Of a stretch of 64,000 nucleotides of DNA, positions 17,860-28,019 are shown in pieces. The position numbers and the translations under genes were made by a program. The notes under the pieces are model-generated. The model saw nothing but the letters and a program-made list of their open reading frames with translations. It was not told where the DNA came from and ran no database searches. The DNA lies in NCBI GenBank assembly GCA_002328075.1, contig DCVT01000044.1:144907-208906 (forward strand). Direction: 5' to 3'. The DNA comes from Anaerolineales bacterium UBA2181. GTDB taxonomy: Bacteria; Chloroflexota; Anaerolineae; Promineifilales; UBA4811. Numbering within the stretch: position 1 is the stretch's first letter; each line of letters opens with the position of its first letter.

Positions 17860-18806
17860 GGCACCTCGATCGGTTCGTCCGGGGAAGCGGGGGGCAAGCC
17901 ACTCTTGAGGACCTGCCAGTATGCCGATACGCGCTGTTTGCGCAGTGAGGATTTGTGACCCACCAGCGCCTTGGCTGCTTCTATCCCTAACTGCCAGGCA
18001 TAATTGCCCAACAGGAACACCCGTAGCGCGGCCGCGGCGGCGCGGCCATGGTACGTGCGGAAATAGCGAAGCTTGCTCCGTTGGAAACAGATATGACGGC
18101 GTACCAGCACCTGCTCACTGCTCTTTCCCTCGTGGTGTACCACCTGAGCATCGGGGTAGTAGACCACCCGCCAACCAGCGTCCTTGATCCGGTGCTGCCA
18201 TTCCATCTCTTCCGAGTACATGAAATATCCGGGGTCCAGCGGACCCGTCTGCTCGTACGCCTCACGCCGTACCATGAGACAGGCCCCCACAACCCAATCC
18301 ACGTCCGCGGCAACGTCATCTGGATGGTCCAGGACATAGTAATGAGCCAGCAGCCGGCGGGGTGCCCACGATTGTATCCAGGTGCTCTCAAAGAACCCAG
18401 TAGCCAGGGTGGGAAAACGCCGCCGCGATGATTGCACCCTTCCGTCAGCATAACGCAACTGGGGACCCAAGGCGCCCACGCTCTGGTTCCGGTCAAGAAA
18501 TTCGACCATCTGGCTTAATGCGGCCCCCACTATCTCCGTGTCTGGGTTTAGCAGCAGCAGATAACGACCATCGGCCTTAGCGAGGCCGAGGTTGTTACCT
18601 CGGCTAAAACCGACGTTTTCATTCAGAGCCAGCGTACGCACCGCTGGGTAATCGGCCGCAACCATTTCCATGCTGCCATCACTGGAGCCGTTGTCCACCA
18701 CAATGACCTCCAGCGTCAGCGAACCGCGTCCGGAATGTACCGATTCCAGGCACTGCCGCAACAGAGGCCGGACGTTCCAGCTGACAACGATGATTGAAAG
18801 ATCCAA
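17856..18806 (-). CDS. GT2-family (GT-A fold) glycosyltransferase
   Basis: The ORF is open up to 18935, but that start would overlap the upstream gene by 92 nt. The in-frame TTG at 18806 gives MDLSIIVVSWN.., the usual GT2 N-terminus. Motifs: VIVVDNGSSDGS, NVGFSRGNN, LLLNPD, GACLMVRREAYEQTGPLDPGYFMYSEEMEW. The exact start is uncertain. Confidence 0.85.
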   Translation of the reverse strand: MDLSIIVVSWNVRPLLRQCLESVHSGRGSLTLEVIVVDNGSSDGSMEMVAADYPAVRTLALNENVGFSRGNNLGLAKADGRYLLLLNPDTEIVGAALSQMVEFLDRNQSVGALGPQLRYADGRVQSSRRRFPTLATGFFESTWIQSWAPRRLLAHYYVLDHPDDVAADVDWVVGACLMVRREAYEQTGPLDPGYFMYSEEMEWQHRIKDAGWRVVYYPDAQVVHHEGKSSEQVLVRRHICFQRSKLRYFRTYHGRAAAAALRVFLLGNYAWQLGIEAAKALVGHKSSLRKQRVSAYWQVLKSGLPPASPDEPIEVP

Positions 18807-18843
18807 AGCGCAGTGCAGCCGATCTCGCGCTCCGGGCTCCGAG

Positions 18844-19803
18844 CTACAAGCTGCGATGAACAGTGTACTCGGCCAGGTCGATGAGCGCTTGGCGACAAAC
18901 GTTGTCAGGCAGGTTTTCCAGGGCCTGCCGGGCAAGCTGGGAATGCCGCGCCGCTTCCTCCCTGACTCGATCCACGACGCCGGAGTCCCGTATAGCGTCC
19001 ACAGCCAGTCGGATAGGTGCGGCTCCCCGCTGGCCCTCCAGAACCGCCAAAATCCGCTGATCTCCTGGACTCTGCTCCAGGAAAAGAATCACCGGCAGAG
19101 TGACCAGACCCTGGGCCAGATCACTTCCCAAGGGCTTGCCCACTTGAGCCTCGCTGCCGGCAAAGTCCAATAGATCGTCCACTATTTGGAACGCCAGGCC
19201 CAATTCCGCACCATACTGGTGCAAATCAACCCTGATCTCCGGCGAGACCTGGGCCAGTACGCCAGCCGCCTCAGTTGCCAGTACGAAAAGCGAGGCGGTT
19301 TTGGCAGAGATGCGCTGCAAGTAGCTTTCCCGGTCAACAGCATGATGTTGAGTGGCGAACATCTGCTGCAACTCGCCGTTGCAGATATTCATCAGCGCCT
19401 GCGAAAAAAGCCGCATCACCGCCACGTTTTCGGTCTGAGAGGCGAGATCGGCCGCCCGGGCAAAAAGATAGTCACCGGTGAGTATAGTAGCTCCAGGGCT
19501 CCAAGTCGCATTGAGCGTTGGATTGCCCCGCCGGATCAATGAACCATCTATGATATCGTCATGAACCAACGTGGCGGTGTGCAACATCTCAACGGCGGCT
19601 GCCAGGTTGACCGCTAGCCGGCAGTCCGCACCCAGCATTTGGCAGGTTAGGAGCGCTGTAACCGGTCGAATGCGCTTACCTCCGCTGCGAATGAGATGCA
19701 CAACCGCCCGGGTGACGACCTCGTGCTGGCGAGGGTCTTCCTCAAGCATCCGCGCTTCGACCAGAGCCAGTTCCTGTGCCACCAGTTCCAGTGATCTCTG
19801 CAT
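18844..19803 (-). CDS. trans-polyprenyl diphosphate synthase (medium/long-chain, IspB/HepT-like)
   Basis: Both aspartate-rich motifs are present: LHTATLVHDDIIDGSLIRRG and LAFQIVDDLLDF, plus GGKRIRP. Start is ATG 19803 or TTG 19809. Confidence 0.9.
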   Translation of the reverse strand: MQRSLELVAQELALVEARMLEEDPRQHEVVTRAVVHLIRSGGKRIRPVTALLTCQMLGADCRLAVNLAAAVEMLHTATLVHDDIIDGSLIRRGNPTLNATWSPGATILTGDYLFARAADLASQTENVAVMRLFSQALMNICNGELQQMFATQHHAVDRESYLQRISAKTASLFVLATEAAGVLAQVSPEIRVDLHQYGAELGLAFQIVDDLLDFAGSEAQVGKPLGSDLAQGLVTLPVILFLEQSPGDQRILAVLEGQRGAAPIRLAVDAIRDSGVVDRVREEAARHSQLARQALENLPDNVCRQALIDLAEYTVHRSL

Positions 19804-20596
19804 GTTCAAGCGTCTTACCTATCTTCGTAAAGAGCTCCAATACGTTCTCTGTTGTTTGCCGGCCCACCTCAGCCGGCGACAAGCCGCGCAGATTCGCCAC
19901 CCGCTCCGTTACGTACCGCACGTAGGCCGGTTGGTTGCGTCGACCGCGGTGCGGCGCAGGTGTCAAATAGGGTGCATCCGTTTCAACCAGCAACCGGTCC
20001 AGCGGAATCTGTTTGGCCACCTCCTGTAGCCCGATGGCGCCAGGAAACGTGACCGGGCCGCTCAGGCCGACATAGAACTGCAGGTCCAGAACGGCCGCCA
20101 GATACTCGGTGCCGCCGGCGTATGAGTGCAGCACGCCGCGGCCATGGCCATCATCGTCGGTCCACTGGGTCAGGAGCGTCATCGTCTCCTCAGTGGCGTC
20201 CCGATTGTGAACGATAACCGGCAGCGCCAACTCGGCTGCCAACTCCAATTGTGCCGCAAAAGCACGACGCTGAGCATCGGCCGGCGAGAGGTTGCGGAAA
20301 AAGTCGAGGCCGATCTCGCCGACCGCCACCACCCTTGGATGGCAGGCCAGCCGGCGCAACTCAAGGAGTGTTTTCCGGTCAAGACTCTCAGCATGGTGAG
20401 GATGGACCCCAACGGCCGCCACGACCGACGAGTGTCTCTCCGCCAACGCCACCGCCGCCTGACTGCTTTCCAGATCAACACCCGGATTTACTATCGCTAT
20501 GACGCCCACCTCTTCGGCCGCCGCAATGACGCCGTCTCGATCCCGGGCAAAAGCCGGCATGTCCAAATGGCAGTGGGAGTCAATCAACCTGATCAC
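19742..20596 (-). CDS. tatD: TatD-family metal-dependent hydrolase/DNase
   Basis: [16 protein letters not shown]..., [29 protein letters not shown] and [10 protein letters not shown] give the TatD His/Glu/Asp metal-ligand pattern. The GTG start overlaps the upstream stop (GTGA). The 3' tail overlaps the next gene by about 62 nt. Confidence 0.85.
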   Translation of the reverse strand: MIRLIDSHCHLDMPAFARDRDGVIAAAEEVGVIAIVNPGVDLESSQAAVALAERHSSVVAAVGVHPHHAESLDRKTLLELRRLACHPRVVAVGEIGLDFFRNLSPADAQRRAFAAQLELAAELALPVIVHNRDATEETMTLLTQWTDDDGHGRGVLHSYAGGTEYLAAVLDLQFYVGLSGPVTFPGAIGLQEVAKQIPLDRLLVETDAPYLTPAPHRGRRNQPAYVRYVTERVANLRGLSPAEVGRQTTENVLELFTKIGKTLEHAEITGTGGTGTGSGRSADA

Positions 20597-22020
20597 GCCT
20601 GGGTGAGGCCTGCAAGGCGCATCCCATCTCGAAGGATAGCCTGCACCTTATTCTCATGGGTGGTCTCACAGTACACGCGGATGATGGGTTCGGTGCCGGA
20701 AAACCGGACCAGCATCCAGCCGCCATCTTCCATCAGAAATTGGTGCCCATCGACCGTGACCAGACCGGTGACCGCCAGGCCGCCCAAGGTGGCAGGCCGG
20801 GCCGCATTCACGCGGTTCAGGATCGCATCACGCTCCTCGGCCGGGAATTGGCTGTCGATCCGGTCGTAGTAATGAGGACCCACCCTGGAAAACAGCAGCT
20901 CGATGAGCTCTGAGGGCCGTTTGCCCAGCCGCACCATCATGTCCAACAAGTACAAACCGGCCAAAATGCCGTCGCGCTCGGGCACGTGACCACGGAAGGC
21001 GTACCCGCCGCTCTCTTCACCTCCCAGCAGTGCGCCCGTTTCGGTGAACTTGGGTGCAACATACTTGAAACCGACGCCGGTCTCGATGATGGGAACCCCA
21101 TACTGCTGCCCCAGGATGTTAAGCATCTTGGTGCTTGAGATGGTTTTGACGATCGCGCCACGCTCGCCACGCACCTCCAGGAAATAGTACCCGAGCAGCG
21201 CATAGACTCGCAGCTGGTCCACGAATCGGCCGTGCTCATCTCCCAGCCCGACCCGATCGGCGTCACCATCGTTGATGATGATTACATCAGCTCCCAACTC
21301 ACGTCCCCGAGCGAGAGCCGGGTCCACGTTGGGCGGGATAGGTTCGGGCCGGAGCATATCCGGAAACAGCGGATGACGCTGGTTGTGAATTTCTATGATC
21401 TCAGTCCTGCCCCCACCCAGAATACGCGGGAACCAGCCGATGCCGTTGCCCCACATGCAGTCAACCAGTATCCGCAGGCCGGCCTCTTTGATTGGCCGGA
21501 CATCGATCAGCAGTTCCAGTTGGGCAAGATAATCGGGATTGGGGTCCCAGTACCGGACAAGACCCTGCTCGATGCCAGTGGAGAGGTTCAACCGCTTCAC
21601 CTGGTCAATATCTGGGATCAGGGCTTCTATACGGGTGAGATCCGCAGGAGCAACGGCACCTCCGGTAGCATCCCGCACCTTGAAACCGTTGTCCGTGTTG
21701 GGGTTATGGCTGGCGGTGATGTTCACCGCGCCGGCGGCGGCCTTGGCCACGACCGAGTACGAGATGACCGGCGTTGGCGACGCGCCCTCTATAAGCCAAA
21801 CCGGGATTCCGTTTCCGGCCATCACCTCGGCCGCGGCCGCGCCAAAGTCCTCGCCGCGGTAGCGTTGATCGTGTCCTATGACAATGCCCCGCTGCGCTCC
21901 GCCGCACTCGAGCAGATAGGAGGCAAACCCCTGTGCACAACGTCGGACATTATCAAAGGTATAGTCCTCACCGACTGAACCCCGCCAGCCGTCTGTTCCA
22001 AACTGGATCTTGGCACCCAT
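20593..22020 (-). CDS. alpha-D-phosphohexomutase (phosphomannomutase/phosphoglucomutase)
   Basis: FGTDGWRG, phosphoserine loop [14 protein letters not shown], Mg loop [10 protein letters not shown] and sugar loop [10 protein letters not shown]. Confidence 0.9.
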   Translation of the reverse strand: MGAKIQFGTDGWRGSVGEDYTFDNVRRCAQGFASYLLECGGAQRGIVIGHDQRYRGEDFGAAAAEVMAGNGIPVWLIEGASPTPVISYSVVAKAAAGAVNITASHNPNTDNGFKVRDATGGAVAPADLTRIEALIPDIDQVKRLNLSTGIEQGLVRYWDPNPDYLAQLELLIDVRPIKEAGLRILVDCMWGNGIGWFPRILGGGRTEIIEIHNQRHPLFPDMLRPEPIPPNVDPALARGRELGADVIIINDGDADRVGLGDEHGRFVDQLRVYALLGYYFLEVRGERGAIVKTISSTKMLNILGQQYGVPIIETGVGFKYVAPKFTETGALLGGEESGGYAFRGHVPERDGILAGLYLLDMMVRLGKRPSELIELLFSRVGPHYYDRIDSQFPAEERDAILNRVNAARPATLGGLAVTGLVTVDGHQFLMEDGGWMLVRFSGTEPIIRVYCETTHENKVQAILRDGMRLAGLTQA

Positions 22021-22046
22021 CTGGTCTCCTCGTTTTCCAGTGCCGG

Positions 22047-23060
<1,014 letters not shown>

Positions 23061-23079
23061 CTACTGACATGCGGCTGGA

Positions 23080-23108
23080 ATTATAGCGTACATCGGTACC
23101 CCTAGCAA
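23080..23108 (-). promoter_or_regulatory. sigma70-like promoter in front of gmd (candidate start of the long minus-strand glycan operon)
   Basis: The minus strand reads TTGCTA-N17-TATAAT (-35 at 23108..23103, -10 at 23085..23080). It is followed about 20 nt later by AGGAG and the gmd ATG (23051). Confidence 0.4.
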
Positions 23109-23167
23109 CCGCCTTCCACGGTCGGACGACGCGACCGTTGCCAACCGGGGCCGGCACGAGCGGCTAT

Positions 23168-23196
23168 TTGTAGGGTCCTGGCGGATATGATATGAT
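23168..23196 (+). promoter_or_regulatory. possible sigma70-like promoter for the sensor kinase/response regulator pair
   Basis: TTGTAG-N17-TATGAT on the plus strand (the -10 lies within an ATATGATATGAT tandem), about 33 nt upstream of the TTG start at 23229. The -35 match is weak. Confidence 0.25.
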
Positions 23197-23228
23197 GACC
23201 AAGTCACCAGGCACGACAGGCAATCCAG

Positions 23229-25262
23229 TTGAAACGGGCGCACGGTCTCTCGGCTCAGATGGTCACCGGCATGATTGGACTGGTTCTGTTGTCAGCGGTC
23301 GCGGCGGGACTCTCGGCGATCTGGCTGCTCCAACAAGAACAGCAGAGGCACGGGTCGGCTCTGCTAGACCAGGGAATCCGCGCCTCACGGACGTTGTACG
23401 CTGCTGCTGTCAATGAGGTGGACCGGTTAGCTATGCTCACTGCCCAACGCCCCACGGTGCGCTCGCTGGTTGCCAACGACCCGGATCACCTCCTGACTGC
23501 CTATCTGGAGCAGCTCCTGGTCGGAACAGATCTGGACATGATTGTGCTTTGCGACGCGGCCGGCAAACCATTGGCCAGCTCCGGCCAGGACGCCAGCACC
23601 GATTGGTGTGCCCAAACCCGATCGGTGGGCTGGCTGGCAGCGACCGAGCCGATCCTTGGACCGGACGGCGGGCACATGGGCATCGCCTGGGTTGGGATCC
23701 GGTTGGATGACCAGTGGGCCAGGCAGATGAGACTCCAGACGGGTCTGGAACACACGCTTTTTGCCAATGACGTTGCTTTGGCAACCAGCCTGACAGGCCA
23801 AGAGCCAGCCGAACCTAATTCTGGCTCGGAGCAGACCACCTATCTGACCTCTCGTTTCAGCCTGGGCGACAGGCATCTTGAGTTTGAGGTGGCGCTGGAT
23901 GTGACAGCTGCAGTGGAACGCCAGCGCAGGTTGGCCTGGTCCCTGGCAGGATTCATCTCTGCGATCGCGTTGGTGACCACGTCGGCCGGCGCGCTGCTGG
24001 CGCATCGCATTGGCCGCCCGCTGAAAGAGCTGGCGGAGGCAGCCACCCGGCTCAGCAACGGTGACCTTACACGGCCGGCTGCAGTGGACACTCGCGTGCG
24101 TGAGGTGGACCTGGCGGCCCGGGCTCTGGAGGGCGCGCGCGCCGACCTGCTGCAGACACTCACCGAGTTGAGAAACGAGAAAGAGTGGACCGATCACCTG
24201 CTCGAAGCGATCGTGGAAGGTATCATGACACTGGACCATCACGGTCGGATCACGTTCTTTAGCCACGGCGCAGAACGGGTCACCGGCTGGCAGCGAGATC
24301 AGGTGGTCGGCCGGCCGTGCGACCAGGTATTTCCGGTGAGCGACACCACACAACCCTTCAGCCAGTTCATACCGGCTCCCGGTTTGAAGCGCAAGATACC
24401 GGTCAAGCTGCCTGCCGGACGAGAGGCCGTCCTGGCGTTTACGGGCGCCCGATTAACTCCGGTCGCCGGTGGCGGGGATAGGGTCGCCCTGGTTTTTCGC
24501 GATGTCAGCGAGGAAGAAGCCGTCCGGCGCTTGCTGGCCCATTTCCTGGCCAACGTATCGCACGAATTCCGCACCCCGCTCTCGGCGCTCGCAGCCTCGG
24601 TCGAGCTCCTGTTGGACCAGGCAGCCTATCTGAGCGCCACCGAACTGGGCGAGTTGCTGACGACGCTTCACCTGGGTGTGCTCGGCCTGCAGACGCTCGT
24701 TGATAACCTGCTGGAGACGGCTAGTATTGAGGCTGGTCGTTTTCGCGTGGCCGCCCGCCCGACCGATCTGAAGGACATCATTGCTGAGGCCGTAGGAATG
24801 ATGCAACCACTCCTGCGAAAGCACTATCAGCGTCTGGCGGTGGACTTGCCTGCGGCGATACCGATGATCGAGGCCGACCCCAGGCGAATAGCGCAGGTAC
24901 TGGTGAACCTACTGTCGAACGCCAGCAGATACGGGCCGGATCATGCAGAGATCACGGTGAACGTCACGTCCACTGATACGCATGCGCGAGTGGCGGTCAC
25001 CGACCAGGGCGCGGGCATTCCGCCGGGAAGACTCGGGGATCTCTATCGCGGTTTTGCCCTCAGCGGCGAGGGAAATGACCAAATACAGGTCGGCGTCGGC
25101 CTGGGGCTTTCGGTCGTAAAGGCCATTGTCCAGGCGCACGACGGTCAGGTTGGAGTTTCCGGAAGCACCTTCTGGTTCACTCTTCCACTTCACCGACCCG
25201 CATCGGGTGCGGCCAATCGGGCGGACGAAACGGCCGCTGAGGAAATCGGGAGTTCGCGGTGA
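23229..25262 (+). CDS. sensor histidine kinase (PhoR-like by context)
   Basis: 677 aa. Two TM helices flank a ~220-aa extracytoplasmic domain, followed by HAMP (RIGRPLKELAEAATRLSNGDL), PAS (LLEAIVEGIMTLDHHGRITFFSHGAERVTGW), H-box FLANVSHEFRTPLSAL and ATPase boxes LLSNASRYG / DQGAGIP / GVGLGLSVV. The start could be ATG 23259. Confidence 0.9.
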   Translation: MKRAHGLSAQMVTGMIGLVLLSAVAAGLSAIWLLQQEQQRHGSALLDQGIRASRTLYAAAVNEVDRLAMLTAQRPTVRSLVANDPDHLLTAYLEQLLVGTDLDMIVLCDAAGKPLASSGQDASTDWCAQTRSVGWLAATEPILGPDGGHMGIAWVGIRLDDQWARQMRLQTGLEHTLFANDVALATSLTGQEPAEPNSGSEQTTYLTSRFSLGDRHLEFEVALDVTAAVERQRRLAWSLAGFISAIALVTTSAGALLAHRIGRPLKELAEAATRLSNGDLTRPAAVDTRVREVDLAARALEGARADLLQTLTELRNEKEWTDHLLEAIVEGIMTLDHHGRITFFSHGAERVTGWQRDQVVGRPCDQVFPVSDTTQPFSQFIPAPGLKRKIPVKLPAGREAVLAFTGARLTPVAGGGDRVALVFRDVSEEEAVRRLLAHFLANVSHEFRTPLSALAASVELLLDQAAYLSATELGELLTTLHLGVLGLQTLVDNLLETASIEAGRFRVAARPTDLKDIIAEAVGMMQPLLRKHYQRLAVDLPAAIPMIEADPRRIAQVLVNLLSNASRYGPDHAEITVNVTSTDTHARVAVTDQGAGIPPGRLGDLYRGFALSGEGNDQIQVGVGLGLSVVKAIVQAHDGQVGVSGSTFWFTLPLHRPASGAANRADETAAEEIGSSR

Positions 25263-25948
25263 AGGCTCTGATTGTGGATGATGACCGGGTACTGGCCGAC
25301 GTGTTGGCCTTTACGCTACGCCGTGAGGGTTATCAGGTGGTGCAGGCCTTTGACGGAGAGACGGCTCTAGAGCGCTGGCAGGCGGACCGACCCGATCTGA
25401 TCATCCTGGACGTCAATCTGCCTCGATTGGATGGTTTTTCGGTATGCCGCCGAATCCGGGCGCAGGCGGACACACCGATTCTCTTGCTGACCGTCCGGGA
25501 TCAGGAAGAGGATATCCTTCGCGGGTTGGGGCTGGGCGCGGACGACTATATCACCAAACCCTTCAGCCCGCGCCAGTTAGTAGCCCGCACTCAAGCAGTC
25601 TTGCGCCGCTCCGGTCAGCGACCGACCAGTTCAATCCGAACGGTAGGAGATATCCAACTGGATCCCAGTCGCCGCGAACTTGGCGTAGGGCAGGGCCCGA
25701 CGGTTTCGTTGACACCGCTCGAGTGTCAGTTGCTCGAGTGCCTGATGATAAACGCCGGTCACGTGTTGACGTATGATGCAATCATGGCCCACGTTTGGGG
25801 TCCTGAGGGCGGAGACCGCGACATGCTCCGTCAGTTAGTCCGCCGGCTACGCCAGAAATTGGACCAGGCTTGCCCGGGTGAATCCAGTCGCGTGGAGACA
25901 GTCCCTGGCCTGGGTTACGGACTGGTGCTAGCCTCTGTGCATTCGTGA
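25259..25948 (+). CDS. OmpR/PhoB-family response regulator (PhoB/PhoP-like by context)
   Basis: Receiver domain MKALIVDDDRVLADVL...DLIILDVNLPRLDGFSVCRRIR...ITKPF plus a winged-helix C-terminus (LTPLECQLLECLM...LRQLVRRLRQKL...VETVPGLGYGL). The GTG start overlaps the kinase stop (GTGA). Pho boxes lie 30 nt downstream of its stop. Confidence 0.92.
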   Translation: MKALIVDDDRVLADVLAFTLRREGYQVVQAFDGETALERWQADRPDLIILDVNLPRLDGFSVCRRIRAQADTPILLLTVRDQEEDILRGLGLGADDYITKPFSPRQLVARTQAVLRRSGQRPTSSIRTVGDIQLDPSRRELGVGQGPTVSLTPLECQLLECLMINAGHVLTYDAIMAHVWGPEGGDRDMLRQLVRRLRQKLDQACPGESSRVETVPGLGYGLVLASVHS

Positions 25949-25977
25949 GCTCCTGACGGGTGCCGTGTAGGCCCCAT

Positions 25978-26034
25978 TTGTCACAGCTCTGTCATAGCTT
26001 TGTCACATGGCCTGTCATCTCGACGGGCTATAGT
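25978..26034 (+). promoter_or_regulatory. Pho-box array (four 7-nt direct repeats at helical-turn spacing) plus -10 element
   Basis: TTGTCAC (25978), CTGTCAT (25989), TTGTCAC (26000) and CTGTCAT (26012) have start-to-start spacing of 11, 11 and 12 nt. TATAGT (26029-26034) begins 10 nt after the last repeat. This matches the E. coli-type Pho box CTGTCATAWAWCTGTCAY and its usual position replacing the -35. Confidence 0.7.
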
Positions 26035-26091
26035 GTCTGTTGAACGCCGCAGCTGGTTCTGCACGCCAGTGCACCGCTTGGAGACCCGCTG

Positions 26092-27054
26092 ATGACACTG
26101 ACCCAGTCCGGAAATTGCCTGGAACTCGATGAACTGACAACCACCGTGTCACTGGCTCGGCGATTGCCTCGCGAACTGGCCTGTGAGTGCCACGCGGTCC
26201 CGATTGCAGCGGAAGACAATCGCCTGACCGTGGCCATGGCAGACCCACTTGACCAGCGGGCTCAGGCTGCGGTGACGGACGCCCTTGGCACGAAACCTTA
26301 CATCGTGCGGGCCAGCCGCGTTGCGATAGATCGTGTTTTGGCCCAGGTCTGGCAGCCAGACGAGTCATCGCTCGGACTGCGAATTGGCGACGGCAATGTG
26401 CCGTATACGGAATCCGCCCTGGCTTACGGCCGCCGGCTGGCGGGTTTGTTGGGCGCCCGCCTCGAGATCTCGGCCGCTGCCAGACCAGCCGAACTTCCGG
26501 CCGGCCCAGGTGACGCACCACTGCCACAGGATCAACAAAGGTGGTCAAAGTACGAACCTTGCAGCGATGCGGATGCCCCTTCTGGCGTCATGCTGATCAT
26601 ATACCAACCAAAATGGCCGCTCCAGCAATTGCTGCTACTGATCACGGCTGGCGAACCGCCTGGCGATGCGGTGAAATGGACCACCTTGCTGGCGCGCGCG
26701 GTCAACGCTAGCGTCAACGTGCTGGCAGTGGTGCCCACCAAACCAGAAGGACTTGCCGCACTGCTGGACTCGCGGTCAGAGCTTGGCAGCCAGTTGCATC
26801 ACCTGGCACGCGAACTAGCCGTCGAGAACGTCCAGGCGACCCTCCGACTGCGGGAGCAAGATCCAAGTCAGGAGAGTTGTTTCGACGCGGTGGTGGGCGA
26901 GTCGTACGATCTGATGCTGGCGACCCGGGCCACATGTGAGCGGTGGCTTTGCGGTTGGAGACGCCCGTTTCTGATCATGGGCGCGACATCAGATGGATCT
27001 CCGTGGCAGACAAGTGACGCGGCGCTCGTTGGCGAACCAACAGGAGGAATGTGA
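26092..27054 (+). CDS. hypothetical protein with a GspE/PilB N-terminal (T2SSE_N-like) domain; first cistron of the pst operon
   Basis: 320 aa, with GGAGA 6 nt before the ATG. Residues ~15-85, LARRLPRELACECHAVPIAAEDNRLTVAMADPLDQRAQAAVTDALGTKPYIVRASRVAIDRVL, fit the T2SSE_N pattern (lP..lA..y.vlPl..ed..l.vAmadP.d......l....g..v..v.a....I...l). I could not assign the C-terminal ~200 aa (possibly USP-like alpha/beta). The stop overlaps the pstS start (GTGA). Confidence 0.6.
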   Translation: MTLTQSGNCLELDELTTTVSLARRLPRELACECHAVPIAAEDNRLTVAMADPLDQRAQAAVTDALGTKPYIVRASRVAIDRVLAQVWQPDESSLGLRIGDGNVPYTESALAYGRRLAGLLGARLEISAAARPAELPAGPGDAPLPQDQQRWSKYEPCSDADAPSGVMLIIYQPKWPLQQLLLLITAGEPPGDAVKWTTLLARAVNASVNVLAVVPTKPEGLAALLDSRSELGSQLHHLARELAVENVQATLRLREQDPSQESCFDAVVGESYDLMLATRATCERWLCGWRRPFLIMGATSDGSPWQTSDAALVGEPTGGM

Positions 27055-28019
27055 TGCATCTTGTCAGACGCGTCGTACTATGGTTGGTCATTCTGACGTG
27101 TTCCACCACAATCACCGGCTGCGCCACTCAGCCGAGATACAACCAGCAAGGGGGCCCTGAAGGCACGATCAGCATCTCTGGAGCGTGGGCGCTCTACCCC
27201 ATGATGGTGCGGTGGGCCGAGGAGTATCAGTTAGCCTATCCGGGGATCCGCTTTGACATCTCGGCCGGAGGAGCCGGAAAGGGCATGGCGGATGCGTTGG
27301 GCAACGCGGTTGACATTGGGATGGTTTCTCGCTCCATCTATCCAGAAGAGATCAAGAAAGGCGCTTTTGCGGTTGCAGTGGCCAAGGACGCGGTCATGTT
27401 GACCGTCAACCAGGATAACCCGGTGTTGGCTGATCTTCAGAGGCGCGGAGTCACCCAAGAGACCCTGGTCGGCATCTATATCACGGGCGAGGTCACCACC
27501 TGGGGGCAGGTAGTTGATCGCTCTGAGGTTACCGAACCCATCCATGTCTTCACACGCTCCGACGCTGCCGGCGCCCCAGCCACCTGGGCTGAATACCTTG
27601 GCGGACAACAAGAGGACCTATTGGGCGTCGGGGTATACGGCGACCCAGGTCTGTTGGATGCCGTCATCAAGGACCGTCTCGCAATCGGGTTCAACAACCT
27701 GAACTATGCTTACGACCTTGAGAGCGGCAGACCAGTAACCGGGGCAACAGTCATTACGCTGGATGCCAACTCAAACCAGAGAGTCGACCCGGACGAGCAG
27801 TGCACCACCAAGAACCAGGCGGTGGAGTCTGTCAGCCTGGGCCACTACCCCTCGCCGCCGGCGCGACCGCTCTATCTGGTCACCCGGGGAAAACCGACCG
27901 GCCTGGTCCAGGGTTTCATCCAGTGGATTCTGGAAGAGGGTCAGCAGTACCTGGACGAGGCGGGCTATATTGCACTGCCCCGGGACACAATTTCCCGGGA
28001 GCTGGAACGGATCAGGTGA
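27051..28019 (+). CDS. pstS: phosphate ABC transporter substrate-binding lipoprotein
   Basis: Signal peptide plus lipobox (LTCSTTITGC). ISISGAWALYPMMVRWAEEY...ISAGGAGKGMADALGNAVDIGMVSR and FTRSDAAG are typical of PstS/PBP-like-2 proteins. Confidence 0.9.
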   Translation: MMHLVRRVVLWLVILTCSTTITGCATQPRYNQQGGPEGTISISGAWALYPMMVRWAEEYQLAYPGIRFDISAGGAGKGMADALGNAVDIGMVSRSIYPEEIKKGAFAVAVAKDAVMLTVNQDNPVLADLQRRGVTQETLVGIYITGEVTTWGQVVDRSEVTEPIHVFTRSDAAGAPATWAEYLGGQQEDLLGVGVYGDPGLLDAVIKDRLAIGFNNLNYAYDLESGRPVTGATVITLDANSNQRVDPDEQCTTKNQAVESVSLGHYPSPPARPLYLVTRGKPTGLVQGFIQWILEEGQQYLDEAGYIALPRDTISRELERIR

